Origin: Azolla caroliniana | Lineage: Eukaryota; Plantae; Polypodiophyta | Assembly: GCA_043228905.1 (NCBI GenBank) | Contig: JBHGNT010000009.1 | Location: forward strand, 434,001-498,000 | Reading direction: 5' to 3' | DNA length: 64,000 nucleotides | Shown here: in pieces, positions 1 to 11,100 of the stretch | Position numbering within the stretch: the first letter of the stretch is position 1 | Layout: each line of letters begins with the position of its first letter | Notes under the pieces: model-generated | What the model was told of the DNA's origin: nothing | Databases searched by the model: none | The model's input: the letters and a program-made list of their open reading frames with translations, nothing else | Program-made: the position numbers and the translations under genes

Positions 1-83
1 TACACTCTGTCACACGCAGGTATTCACAAGAATCGAATGCTTCTTGATCTTCCGCACAGACGACCTTCCTCGACATCAACATC

Positions 84-95
84 TGGTATCAGAGC
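84..95 (+). other. Primer-binding site complementary to the 3' end of initiator tRNA-Met
   Basis: TGGTATCAGAGC two nt after the LTR-terminal CA. Confidence 0.95.
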
Positions 96-723
96 AGAGG
101 TTCGGCCGTCATCACGGCCTGCACAGTATTCGCGTCATTCGAAGAAAGAGAGAAGAAGAACAAAAACGAGGTCTGCACCTCATCGCGTTAGATCCTCTTG
201 CTTGGAGTAAGCCATCAGGTTGTACTCTGTCCTTCGTGATCGTAACCGCTCGAGGTGAAATCCCCTTGTGCAACATTGACACGATCGTGCTCCATTCGGT
301 TAAACGGCATCCGAAGAGGTCATCAATCGCCGCTCGTTGTAACCACTCGGTGCAGATCGGTCTCAAGACAACAACCCCAATTCGTGCTTCATCCGGCTGA
401 TCGACATTCGAGAGGATCAGTTGGATCCATCTCTCTCGTCGCTGCAGCCACCCGAAGCAGAATCGGTTCAGATAATCGGTTTTAATAATCGGTATTCGGC
501 AGATATATCCGAAGCGAACCGGACTCACTCCGACTCGGTAACATTCGGGAAGACCAGTCGGTTCTGTCCCTCAAGCTACCGAAGTCAATTCGAGCAAGCT
601 CCGAAGCCGAACCTACTCGGGTTCAAATCCGACTAGAACGATATCGGGTGAGCCAACCGGCTGCACTCCAACAAGGTTCGTAGTCGACTCCGAACCGAGC
701 TTCGTCAACCGAAACCGAATTTG

Positions 724-3700
724 ATGGCATCAACATCCGGCTCGTCAGAAATGAGTCTACGAAAGTTCGATGGATCGAACTTTAACTTCTGGAAGGAGCA
801 AATGCAGGACTATCTCATAGTCAAGGGGCAAATCGATCCCATCGAAAATGAAGAACCTCCAGAAGGATACAAACCAATCGAGTGGCAGAAGCTGGACAGA
901 ATCGTCCGCGCCACGATTCGGATGCACCTATCGGAATCGGTATATTTTACGGTGCAATCGTGTACGACAGCATTCGAACTGTGGAAAACACTGTCGGACA
1001 CTTACGAAAAGAAGGTCGCCGCAACGAAGATGTTTCTGATCCGGCGCCTCTACAACTTGCGGATGAAAGAATCCGATTCGGTCCAAGCACACCTCAATGA
1101 GTACGAAAGCATAAGCTCCCAAATCTCGTCACAGGGGACGGCAATCGAGGATGAACTCAGAGCAATGATACTCATGAGCAGCCTTCCCTCATCATGGGAA
1201 ACTTTCGTCACAACCGTGTGCAACGCGTCAACCACGGCTGTTAAATACTCCGAAGTCACGAGCGCAATCCTGACCGAAGCAGCTCGGAGAAAGTCTTTCG
1301 CCAAAGACTCAACAGACGACGCTTATGTAGTACAAGGTTCGACAGACCGATCGAACATACGAGGAAGAGATTCCTCACGACCGCCGAACAATCAGCGAAG
1401 ACGGAGCCAGTCACGGGATAACCGAATCTGCAACTATTGCAAGAAACCCGGACACATCAAAGCCGACTGCCGCGCACTCAAGAACAAAAACAACAAGAAG
1501 AGTGGCCGGCATGAGGAGATCAATTACGTCAGCTTCTCAGCTGATGTACTACCGGACGACCCGAATATACTATCAATCGAAAATCCCGTCGGATCAGAAG
1601 TTCTACTCACGACTGAAGAATCGAGCACATGGCTCCTAGATTCGGGCGCGTCATTTCACGTGACTCCTCATCGATCCCAATTTCGGCAATATACGATCCG
1701 TCACTCCGACTCAGTTCGAGTCGGCAACTCGCAACACTGTGACATCATCGGAATCGGCACAGTAGAGCTCAACCTTGCAGGTGGCTCTACACTTGTACTC
1801 CACAATGTCCGACATGTACCCGAGCTCTCAAGGCCATTGATCTCAGTCGGACAACTAGATGAAGACGGCATTCGTGCCGGTTTTTCTTCGGGAGGGTGGA
1901 CACTCCATAGGGGGAACCTCCTGCTTGCTAGAGGACCCAAGATACACTCACTGTATCCGTTACATGTTACACTCAGAGAGGGTAACCTGTTTTTGGTGGA
2001 TATTCCTGTGTCATCACTATGGCACAGAAGATTAGGACACCTCAGCAAGGCCGGCATCACGCATCTATCTAGAGCCGGATACATCCCCAAACTCTCCTTC
2101 TCCGACCATCAATTCTGCGAGCATTGCCAGTATGGCAAACAAGCAGCCGCATCACACCCGACATCAGCACCAAGAGAAACGAGACCTCTCGATTTGGTCC
2201 ACTCGGACGTCTGTGGCCCAATGCCGCATCAGTCTCTTGGCGGTGCCTCTTACTTCGTCACTTTTATTGACGATTCGACTCGAAAGGTGTGGGCTTATCC
2301 AATTCGCACCAAAGATCGGGTCTTCTCGATCTTCACCGATTGGCTCGCTATGGTAGAAAATCAAACCGACCGAAAGCTGAAATGCTTTCGGACAGACAAT
2401 GGGGGAGAGTTCAAATCTGAAGAATTCGTCAAATTCTGCCGACAACGCGGCATCCGACGTGAATTTACGGCACCACACAGCCCGGAGCAAAACGGGATTG
2501 CCGAACGCATGAATCGGACAATCCAAGAACGGATAGTTTCCATGCTCCAACACTCCGAACTGTCGGATGGCTTCTGGGCAGAGGCTCTACTCACGGCAGT
2601 ACACATAATCAATATGTCGCCAAGTAGACCTCTAGGACTTCAAATTCCTCAGGAACTATGGATCGGCAGTAAGCCGAATTATGACAAGCTGAGGATCTTC
2701 GGATGCGAGGCGTACGCCCTTATTCCGAAAGATGATCGCCGAAAACTTGCACCTCGGTCCAGGAAATGCATTTTCCTTGGATATGGATCCGACGGCGAAA
2801 TGGGATACCGACTCTGGGATCCCGAACGCAGACAAATCGTCCGAAGTTCGGACGTTGTGTTCAACGAGTCGGCTATGAATCCATCAGTCGAAAAACCGAT
2901 CGAAGTCCGGAGGGTAACATTTTCTGATGTGCCGACCCTTCAAGAAGGCCCCGCTCTTAACACACGGTCAGCTTCACGGGTAGCTGAACCTCACACTACC
3001 GACTCGGACAACCCCGACTCGGCGCAGCAGAACAATCCTCTTTCGGACCATCCGACCTCGATACCCGATGCGACCAGTCCAATCATACCTCGACGATCCG
3101 AGAGACTGTCGCAACCTCCGGAGAGGTATTCTCCTGGAATTTTCTTCACCGACGCCGGCGAACCGACGTCTTACGAAGAAGCATCGACATCTGTCGATTC
3201 AGCCACCTGGCATCTGGCGATGGAGTCGGAAATGCACTCCATTCGGGCAAACAAGACTTGGGACCTGGTCGAATTACCTAAGAATCGACGTGCTCTTCCT
3301 TGCAAGTGGGTTTATCGACTGAAAGAGACGTCTGATTCGACCACCCCAAAGTACAAGGCCAGATTAGTTGCGAAGGGCTTCCGACAAGAATATGGCGTCG
3401 ACTTCGACGAGATTTTCTCACCAGTGGTGAAAATGACAACCCTTCGTTTCCTACTCGGCGTAGTGGCAGCCGACAACTTGGAGCTGATTCAGCTAGATGT
3501 CAAAACAGCCTTCCTCCATGGTGATCTCGAGGAGGAAATTTATATGGAGCAGCCCAAAGGCTTCGTGGCCACCGGCCAAGAACATCTAGTCTGCCGACTT
3601 AGGAAGAGTCTATACGGCCTCAAACAGGCACCGCGACAATGGTACAAGAAGTTCGACGACTTCATCCAATCGATCGGCTTCTCCAAAAGCGATGAGGACC

Positions 3701-4737
3701 ATTGTCTCTTCACCAACACAGCTCAAGATGGTTCACCCATCTTCCTCATCATTTACGTGGACGACATGCTAATTTCTGGACGCCACGCGGGCGAACTTGC
3801 TGATCTCATTCGGCAACTGCGGTTGAAGTTTGCCATGAAGGACCTCGGTCCGGCACGACACATACTCGGCATGAAGATTAGTCGGCATCGCGATAAACGA
3901 CATCTTTTTTTGTCTCAGACCGACTATATCCGACGTGTCTTGGAACGCTTCAACATGCAATCAGCCAAATCTGCTTCAACCCCGCTCCCAATGAATCTTC
4001 GGCTCTCTCAGCGAGACTGCCCGACATCCGGTCCGGAGGGGGAAGATATGAAGTCGGTACCGTATGCACCGGCAGTCGGCTCCCTTATGTATCTGATGGT
4101 CGCGACACGGCCTGATATTTCTCACGCCGTAGGAGTCGTTAGCAGATTTATGCACAACCCTGGCCGATCGCATTGGAACGCAGTCAAGCATGTGTTCAGA
4201 TATCTGGCTGGCACAAAAGACCACGGCATTCTTTTCGGTCCGAACCGAACCTCAGGCGTAGTCGGTTACACCGACTCGGACTTCGCCGGCTGTATAGACA
4301 GTCGGAAATCAACAACTGGATACTGTTTCAAATTCGGCAATGGAGCAATCTCGTGGAAGTCGAAACTTCAGGAGTGCACAGCGACCTCAACGACCGAAGC
4401 AGAATATGTAGCTGCGTCCGACGCAGCAAAAGAAGCTTTGTGGCTCGGTCGGCTGGCGCACACGTTTCGACAAGTCGACCATGACTCGGCTCCAGTTGTC
4501 TACAGCGACAGTCAAGGTGCTGTTGCCTTGTCAAAAAATCCGGTTCACCACAACGCCTCCAAACATATCGACGTTCGATATCACTTCGTTCGGGACTGCG
4601 TCATTTCAGGGAAAATCGGTCTAGCGAAAATATCCACAACCGACAATGTCGCAGATGGAATGACCAAGTGTCTCTCGGCAGACCGTTTTCGGTCTCTTCG
4701 GCTTCAGATGGGCGTAACGACAAACCAGTCCGGTTAG
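724..4737 (+). CDS. Copia Gag-Pol polyprotein (~1337 aa)
   Basis: Zinc knuckle CNYCKKPGHIKADC; protease WLLDSGAS; integrase zinc finger (LWHRRLGH...CEHC) and core (VHSDVCGP, RTDNGGEF, NGIAERMN); RT (YKARLVAKG, QLDVKTAFLHG, LYGLKQAPRQW, YVDDML); RNase H (YTDSDFAG, STTEAEY, KHIDVRYHF). First ATG at 724. Confidence 0.96.
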   Translation: MASTSGSSEMSLRKFDGSNFNFWKEQMQDYLIVKGQIDPIENEEPPEGYKPIEWQKLDRIVRATIRMHLSESVYFTVQSCTTAFELWKTLSDTYEKKVAATKMFLIRRLYNLRMKESDSVQAHLNEYESISSQISSQGTAIEDELRAMILMSSLPSSWETFVTTVCNASTTAVKYSEVTSAILTEAARRKSFAKDSTDDAYVVQGSTDRSNIRGRDSSRPPNNQRRRSQSRDNRICNYCKKPGHIKADCRALKNKNNKKSGRHEEINYVSFSADVLPDDPNILSIENPVGSEVLLTTEESSTWLLDSGASFHVTPHRSQFRQYTIRHSDSVRVGNSQHCDIIGIGTVELNLAGGSTLVLHNVRHVPELSRPLISVGQLDEDGIRAGFSSGGWTLHRGNLLLARGPKIHSLYPLHVTLREGNLFLVDIPVSSLWHRRLGHLSKAGITHLSRAGYIPKLSFSDHQFCEHCQYGKQAAASHPTSAPRETRPLDLVHSDVCGPMPHQSLGGASYFVTFIDDSTRKVWAYPIRTKDRVFSIFTDWLAMVENQTDRKLKCFRTDNGGEFKSEEFVKFCRQRGIRREFTAPHSPEQNGIAERMNRTIQERIVSMLQHSELSDGFWAEALLTAVHIINMSPSRPLGLQIPQELWIGSKPNYDKLRIFGCEAYALIPKDDRRKLAPRSRKCIFLGYGSDGEMGYRLWDPERRQIVRSSDVVFNESAMNPSVEKPIEVRRVTFSDVPTLQEGPALNTRSASRVAEPHTTDSDNPDSAQQNNPLSDHPTSIPDATSPIIPRRSERLSQPPERYSPGIFFTDAGEPTSYEEASTSVDSATWHLAMESEMHSIRANKTWDLVELPKNRRALPCKWVYRLKETSDSTTPKYKARLVAKGFRQEYGVDFDEIFSPVVKMTTLRFLLGVVAADNLELIQLDVKTAFLHGDLEEEIYMEQPKGFVATGQEHLVCRLRKSLYGLKQAPRQWYKKFDDFIQSIGFSKSDEDHCLFTNTAQDGSPIFLIIYVDDMLISGRHAGELADLIRQLRLKFAMKDLGPARHILGMKISRHRDKRHLFLSQTDYIRRVLERFNMQSAKSASTPLPMNLRLSQRDCPTSGPEGEDMKSVPYAPAVGSLMYLMVATRPDISHAVGVVSRFMHNPGRSHWNAVKHVFRYLAGTKDHGILFGPNRTSGVVGYTDSDFAGCIDSRKSTTGYCFKFGNGAISWKSKLQECTATSTTEAEYVAASDAAKEALWLGRLAHTFRQVDHDSAPVVYSDSQGAVALSKNPVHHNASKHIDVRYHFVRDCVISGKIGLAKISTTDNVADGMTKCLSADRFRSLRLQMGVTTNQSG

Positions 4738-4930
4738 AGCCGGACACAGAGCAGGATGGTTCCCGACAACCGACATCAGTTCCTTAATGATCGGCTTCAA
4801 CTGTTCCGACCCGACCAGTTCGGTCTTCTGCCTTCGGACCCTGCCGACCCGAACAAAGCTGATATGTCCGAGAACCTAAGTCTATACCTGTAATCTTAGA
4901 TAACCCATGTATACGCCCATTACGGGGGAG

Positions 4931-5106
4931 TGTCGAATACATGTGTATAATGGACGTATTCACACTATCCCGTTTTGGCCATTTATGTAATTAGCATAAA
5001 AGGTAGTTGCCCTAAGTCGGTCACTATATATAGTGACCTTGTAACCTCTTTGTGAGGTTGGATGTTGTATTATTGCTTTGAGAAATAAGAAACTCTTTTT
5101 GTGTGT

Positions 5107-5151
<45 letters not shown>

Positions 5152-5241
5152 ATCACGACCTACACTCTGTCACACGCAGGTATTCACAAGAATCGAATGC
5201 TTCTTGATCTTCCGCACAGACGACCTTCCTCGACATCAACA
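4931..5241 (+). repeat. 3' LTR of element 1 (311 bp) with internal (CT)n tract
   Basis: Starts TGTCG right after the PPT and ends CAACA. TATA-like CTATATATAG near 5025, (CT)n at 5110-5148. Its last 81 bp match window 1-81. Confidence 0.95.
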
Positions 5242-6118
5242 TACAGGTCCCGAACAATCAGAAGATCCTCCATCTTGATCTTCCAGTCGGCGTAATTCTG
5301 CGCATTCAGCACCATCATCCCCGGCTGCCCGCTGCTGCCGCCTTCCATTTTCTGCACTGCCGTCGCTCTGATACCAGTTTGACGAGAATCAACGCTCCGA
5401 TTCTCCTCCACCACTCGGCCACAACCGAGAAGTCACTTATCGACACAGCAGAAAATAGGAAATACAGAGAAAGACACGATGACACACGGATTAACGTGGA
5501 AAACCCTATACGGGAAAAACCACGGGAGTGCAAGACTCCAAACAAAACTATGCACAGAGAAATATACAATGGCGAGCTGCAAGGCGACGACCTTGAGCTC
5601 GCTATCCTCACCACAGGCGGCGGTATTACACAGAGGCGTCGACCTCTCCCTCTCTCTCACGCTCTGTCTCTCTCACGGCTGCTCTCTCTTCACTCCTCTT
5701 GAGTGGAAAAACAAAAATGAGTAGCAACAACAACATAAAACTGTTTGCCCTAAGTCATATTTATACACATATGACTTTCGGGCTATTTACAAATATAGCC
5801 TCAAGGGCCCTTGGCAAACATATTCACAAATATGTCCCCGCATCCGGATCTCTCTCCGGGTACATTCATCATCCGGCTCCGTAGCCGGGGTATTCATCAT
5901 CCGGCTCCGTAGTCGGGGTCTTCGTCATCCGGCTCCGTAGCCGGGGTCTTCGTCATCCGGATCCGGAAACCGGGTCTTCGTCATCCGGATCCGGAAACCG
6001 GGTCTTCATCATCCGGATCCGGAAACCGGGTCTTCGCCATCCGGCTCCGGATCTCGGGTCTTCATTCCCGATTCCCGGACATCCGACCATCCCATCCGGA
6101 GGGACCGTAATCCCAACA
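5242..6118 (-). mobile_element. Second Ty1/copia element (element 2): 5' LTR, PBS and gag start, interrupted by element 1
   Basis: On the minus strand the LTR reads TGTTGGGA (6118) ... CTCGTCA (5380), then AAC and PBS TGGTATCAGAGC (5376-5365). ATG at 5348 opens MEGGSSGQPGMMVLNAQNYADWKIKMEDLLIVRDLY (copia gag N-terminus), which stops at the edge of the element 1 LTR. Confidence 0.92.
5841..6098. repeat. 28-bp tandem array (~8-9 copies) inside the element 2 LTR
   Basis: CATCCGG recurs at 5841, 5870, 5898, 5926, 5954, 5982, 6010 and 6038; unit ~CATCCGGCTCCGTAGCCGGGGTCTTCGT. Confidence 0.9.
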
Positions 6119-7317
6119 TATATAATATTGAACTATTATATATAAATATATGCTCATATCCAAATGGTTGAGAATTGCATCTTCTTGGCATGAGGTTGCA
6201 TGTTCAATCCTCACCAACTATGTATTTTATGTCACTGTGTCATGACATCATCTTTGTATAGCCCTATAGCTTTTAAGATGTTAAAAAGCTGCCAAGTGAA
6301 AAGCTCATGATTCCAATCTATCCTTACAAGATGAAATGATGTGTAAAAAACTTTCATACAGCTTATGTGGCGCATGAATTCTATAAACTTTGCCTCAATT
6401 GCATATTGTCCACTCAATATCTTCAATTTATGGTTGTACCTTGTCATATGCTTACAAAAAGTTACATATTATATCTATTGATGAAATAACATTTCATAGT
6501 TGGTTACAATTTCAACCATTACCATTGCTTAGACATATTGCTTTGGGACTATAAATATGATTTACACTTTACACTACATCCAATTTAGCATGCTCTATTG
6601 TACAAATGCCTTCTTTCCTTCATATATTTCCTAGAAGCTTGAGAGACTTTTGCTCATTGGATACAATGCACCAACACAATTAGTACATATCTATTCTCGT
6701 TTCTTTGATTTTTCAGCTCTATATAGTTTTTATTTGGAGAAAGTGTAAAGGATGTGGGAATGTCAAGGTAGCTCTTTTACCATGTAAACACAACCGTGTG
6801 CAATTGATAAAAAGGTGTTACAATGTTGATGAATAAAGCAAAATAGAGGACAATCAAAGTCAAAGAGCAATCTAATCATAATGGTTATGATAGGAAATTG
6901 ACTGTTCTTATGGATAAAAGTTAGAGAAAAATAATGTGGAAGTTTGAAGTTTAGATTTGAGAAATTCCTATCGACAAAAAGGATCACTTGACCTCATTAA
7001 AAACAATTGTTGAAACAACTTGGATCATAGTAGCTAGCATACTATTGATGTTGTGGAGTGTCTTGTTGGAGATTGATGGCAAGGAAACAAATGCAATGAA
7101 GTTATAATGGGTAGAGATCAATGGCAAGAAAACAAACGCAATGAAATTAAAATGGGAACCGAAATATACACACAATATTTTAGACAGTGGAAGATAGGCT
7201 TTAGTTTACATCATTAAAAAATTCAAAGCTATGCTTAGATCTATAAATGTGAAAGTCCAAGAACACATAACTAAAAATGAATAGATTTGGTGATGTGGTG
7301 GGTCCATTTATGCAATA

Positions 7318-7407
7318 GTTTTAGATGGTGATCTACTTGTGGTGACATTGAATGGCCTGGGAGAATAACATAAGTCTTTGGATATATCCATAGAACTAAA
7401 AGAGAAG
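7318..7407 (+). pseudogene. Degenerate copia gag (UBN2-like) fragment
   Basis: Translates VLDGDLLVVTLNGLGE*HKSLDISIELKEK, resembling the D.DLV..TLNGL...Y..F..SI segment of copia gag. Confidence 0.4.
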
Positions 7408-8189
7408 CTACTATGCTTTGTTGAATTGGTTGCATTGAAACTACATGGCACATGTTTTCGAAAGTTTGAATATTAGGTAATTATGCACATGTAAATAGAT
7501 ATTTTGTTGAGCTTTGGAAACTCAATGTTCATACACGAGCGAGTTTTAAGGAAATTTGTACGTCTCACTTTGATAATCATGGTTTATTTAGTTAGAAATT
7601 ATTCTTAACTTAGTACGTTTTACATCTACAAGAAAAATAATGCATGCTTATAAATATCTTGATTGAATTGTCGACATATGACATCATCATCATTTGACGA
7701 AAGAAATTGTGCTCATGCATAATTGGGTAGAGTGATCATCATTTTTGTTTGAACTTTGGACGTGCATGCTTGCATGTTCGAGTGTCTTTGTCCCAACTTG
7801 GTTTGACATTGTACATTTGAGAATGGAAGCCAAGGAGATTAATATAAAGAAATAAGTTGTCTTTTATTGGACGGAGAAAAGACACTTTTGAAGTCCAAAC
7901 TACTTTCAATCCATGATATCATTAGATTCGGTGCAAATATGAACCATACAAACGAACATGTCATACAAACGAATCTCCGACCTTGATAAAAGGTCAACAT
8001 GTTTTCTAAGCTTCAAACATACTTAATTAATGGATTGAACTTCTCACTCATTTTATTATGTGGACAATGTCGTGCACCACTCATTTAGATATGTAAAGGC
8101 AAAATTCATGAAGTTTGTTCGACATCAAAGATACTAAAATTACCAATTTTCATATTATGTGAATAAAATAACTTACATGTACACTTGAT

Positions 8190-11100
8190 TTATGACATTA
8201 TATTTAAAGTAATTACATGACCATCTCTTTGTGTAGGAGTCTCTTGTTGTTTAAAATTTGGTGAGACAATATCATCTACTTCAACTTTAGTGATACAAGG
8301 GATCAATTTGGTAAATTGTGGATATTGATGTTTTTTAAATATTTCTGAGATTGATGGCTTCTTTAACACTTCTATCTCAACCAGGAAGATAGAGGCAACT
8401 GGACGATGGTCCGAGTGCCTCAACTCAGAGCGTGTGTATGACATTTGCTTCAACCCCTTACCATACCATAATATACGATCACACCTAACATAATGATTAG
8501 TTTTGATTAGTTAACGTCTACAAAGGCACATGTCAATATTATTCAATTTAAACATGTGTGAACATTCCGATTAGCCCATGCATGCAAAACACAAACAAGC
8601 TACCAAAAATGTGAACCATAAACACTTCCATTATATGCCTTACATGTAAAGCAAGATATAAATAAACAAATTTGTTTGAATATTAGGTCGTACAAAGCTC
8701 GCCTCTATATCTAGAATGTATCAACTAACACATACATGTGCAATTATTACGGAGGACATGTGAAACACATAAAGTGGATAGGTTGATGTGCACTATTAAC
8801 AAAATAATCCAAATCTAAGATATATGTAGGCCAATGAATACACCAACTAAACTAGGCCATGCACATTGATATGTAGGCCACAAGAGAGCATATTGCAACT
8901 AGAAGGCACGACATACTTGAAGAGCTTTGACAAACCTATCACATTATTAAATACTACCATATTGATTAATATGATAATGATGCATACAATTTACCATGCG
9001 GGAGCTCGCCTTTTAACTCTTTCATGGGTGGGGGCATGAAGCATGTAGTAGGCATCTGTGTTTGGCATATATTTATAGGTTGGGGCGAACAAAATAAGCC
9101 CTTCATGCCACCCTTCAAACACTCCTCCAATCCCTTTCTCGTGTTTTAACTGTAAAACACATTTCCAAAGCTCATCAATAGCATACATATGATTTGCATT
9201 ATATTCAATGTTTAACTTTACTATTTGAAATATTCCTAAGTATTAAACCGTCTATATCAAGGCCACACATGTAGATTTATAATGAATAAAATACAAGCAA
9301 TTCATTCAATCCAAAGTTGTCGCCTTGAAATGGCACCACTATGTAAACACATTATATGCAAAAGTAGGTGTTATAACTTATAAACCCCTTTTATCGAACT
9401 CACATGCGTGAAGTTTCCTTCGCCTTAAGTAAATATTATCCTTGTATAGACACTTGCAAATCCCTCACAAATCCAAATTGGTCACAATAGAAAATGGAAG
9501 AATAACATTGAGTGCGTATGAAATGGTTTATTTTACAATTTGAGGAGACGTCTAGTTCACTTACATTAGTATAAAAAAATGTTGCGGAATCAAAGAGGGA
9601 GACATAGGTATGAGATCATAAAATTAAGTAGTTGTTTGGAAGCTATTAGTATATCATTATTGAAAACCATACAAATCTTATCACGCTTCAGCAAATTTTG
9701 ACAATATTGATTCCCAATTCCAATTCAACAAGAACAATAACATGAGCTTGTGCATGCAATTTACGATATGTAAAATACCTTTTCGGTAGTGCGAGAAGCT
9801 CATCGACAACTCTTACATTCCATGCATCATCCTAACAATAAGTGTTCATGTGCGAGTTTGTCCCAAGCTACTACTCTTGCATAACATATAGGAGCCCTCC
9901 CAACCCCCCAAAAAAGAACAATATATTCCAATAACTTCTTATCTTATTTAATGGAAAGATGTCTCTCAATGCATCCATTATCTTTCATCAAAAACAAGTT
10001 TTTAGAACTAAAACGAAATCTAAAGTTAAATTTGTATATATATATATATATATATATTACCTCGTCTTTTGCAAGGAGAGTTTCCCAATCCTCCTTCGCC
10101 ACAAGTGATTTAAGATCCTCAAGGGGTAACGATAATCGATAGTTCAAGTCTCCAAACCATATAATCCGACTGCAAATTTTGAGTATTTATTAGCCGAATA
10201 AGCCTCCAATTGAAGTGAATCCACATTTCATTAGTTTACCAAATATATCAAAATTTATAAAGAAAGATGGAAAATGAGCATACAAAAAAGTGTAAAGACA
10301 TCTTGTAAAATGAGCATACAAATTTGGAAAACTTACTCATGGCCTAAGATAGATTGGGGCAAATAGTTATTATAATATTTGCTCCACGTTATAGTATCTG
10401 GATTAGAGCTGTCAATCAATGACGTGGAGCGTTTCATGCGGTGGGATCGCCAGAATCGAGTACGTCGGAGGATTTGAGTCACATCAGCATTTCGGCGCAA
10501 GACATCGGTGGGTTTGTCGCCGGAATTGAGATGGCTGCAGATGAAGCACATGCTCGTCTCACCGATCGTTAGACTAACTGAAACCGCACCCTAGCATAAC
10601 ATAACCATGGAGGCATACAAGCTCATGATGGAACAATGAAAAGTAATAAGATGACATATATTTGAACCATACTTGATTATTCTATTAGATTGAAAACACT
10701 TGAGAATGATGGTTCCTATGCATATATTTGAAAGAACGTGCATGGGTATAGGTACTAACAATCGGCAACGGTTCGGTTTGAACCAAACCAATTAACGGTT
10801 TCACGGTTTGGTTCAGGTTTCAAACCATTTAAACGGTTCGGTTTGGACCCTCTCAAACCGAACCGACCCGTTGCCGATTGTTAATAGGTACCCTAGTTTT
10901 CTAATGAATAAATCTCAATCAGTACAAGAGTGGACTCCTTCCCAAGGGTATGAGTGTGTTTATTCTTTACCTTGTTCCCTAGGTAACCCATGATGCCACA
11001 ACCAACACAAGACACTTCCACACCTTTGATATGGCTACACAGATCCTCTCTAGCCCACACACTCACAAACAACCCCACCATCTGTTTATTGACCACCTTT

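Larger units (their letters stand above)
1..5241 (+). mobile_element. Ty1/copia LTR retrotransposon, intact and young (element 1; 5' LTR cut by window edge)
   Basis: 1-81 is identical to 5161-5241 (LTR ends ...ACATCAACA). PBS TGGTATCAGAGC at 84-95, PPT TACGGGGGAG at 4921-4930, 3' LTR TG...CA at 4931-5241. Single uninterrupted polyprotein in gag-PR-IN-RT-RH order. Confidence 0.97.

Noticed and set aside
44-636. Short ORFs in the element 1 leader
   Set aside because: They overlap the LTR, PBS and leader, use non-ATG or weak starts and show no motifs.
5841-6098. 28-bp periodic array as a CRISPR
   Set aside because: The units are head-to-tail with no unique spacers, lie inside an LTR and sit in plant nuclear DNA with no cas genes.
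6150-6216. Possible SINE/tRNA-like head (AAATGGTTGAG...GTTCAATCCTC)
   Set aside because: Too degenerate; no second copy or tail was identified.
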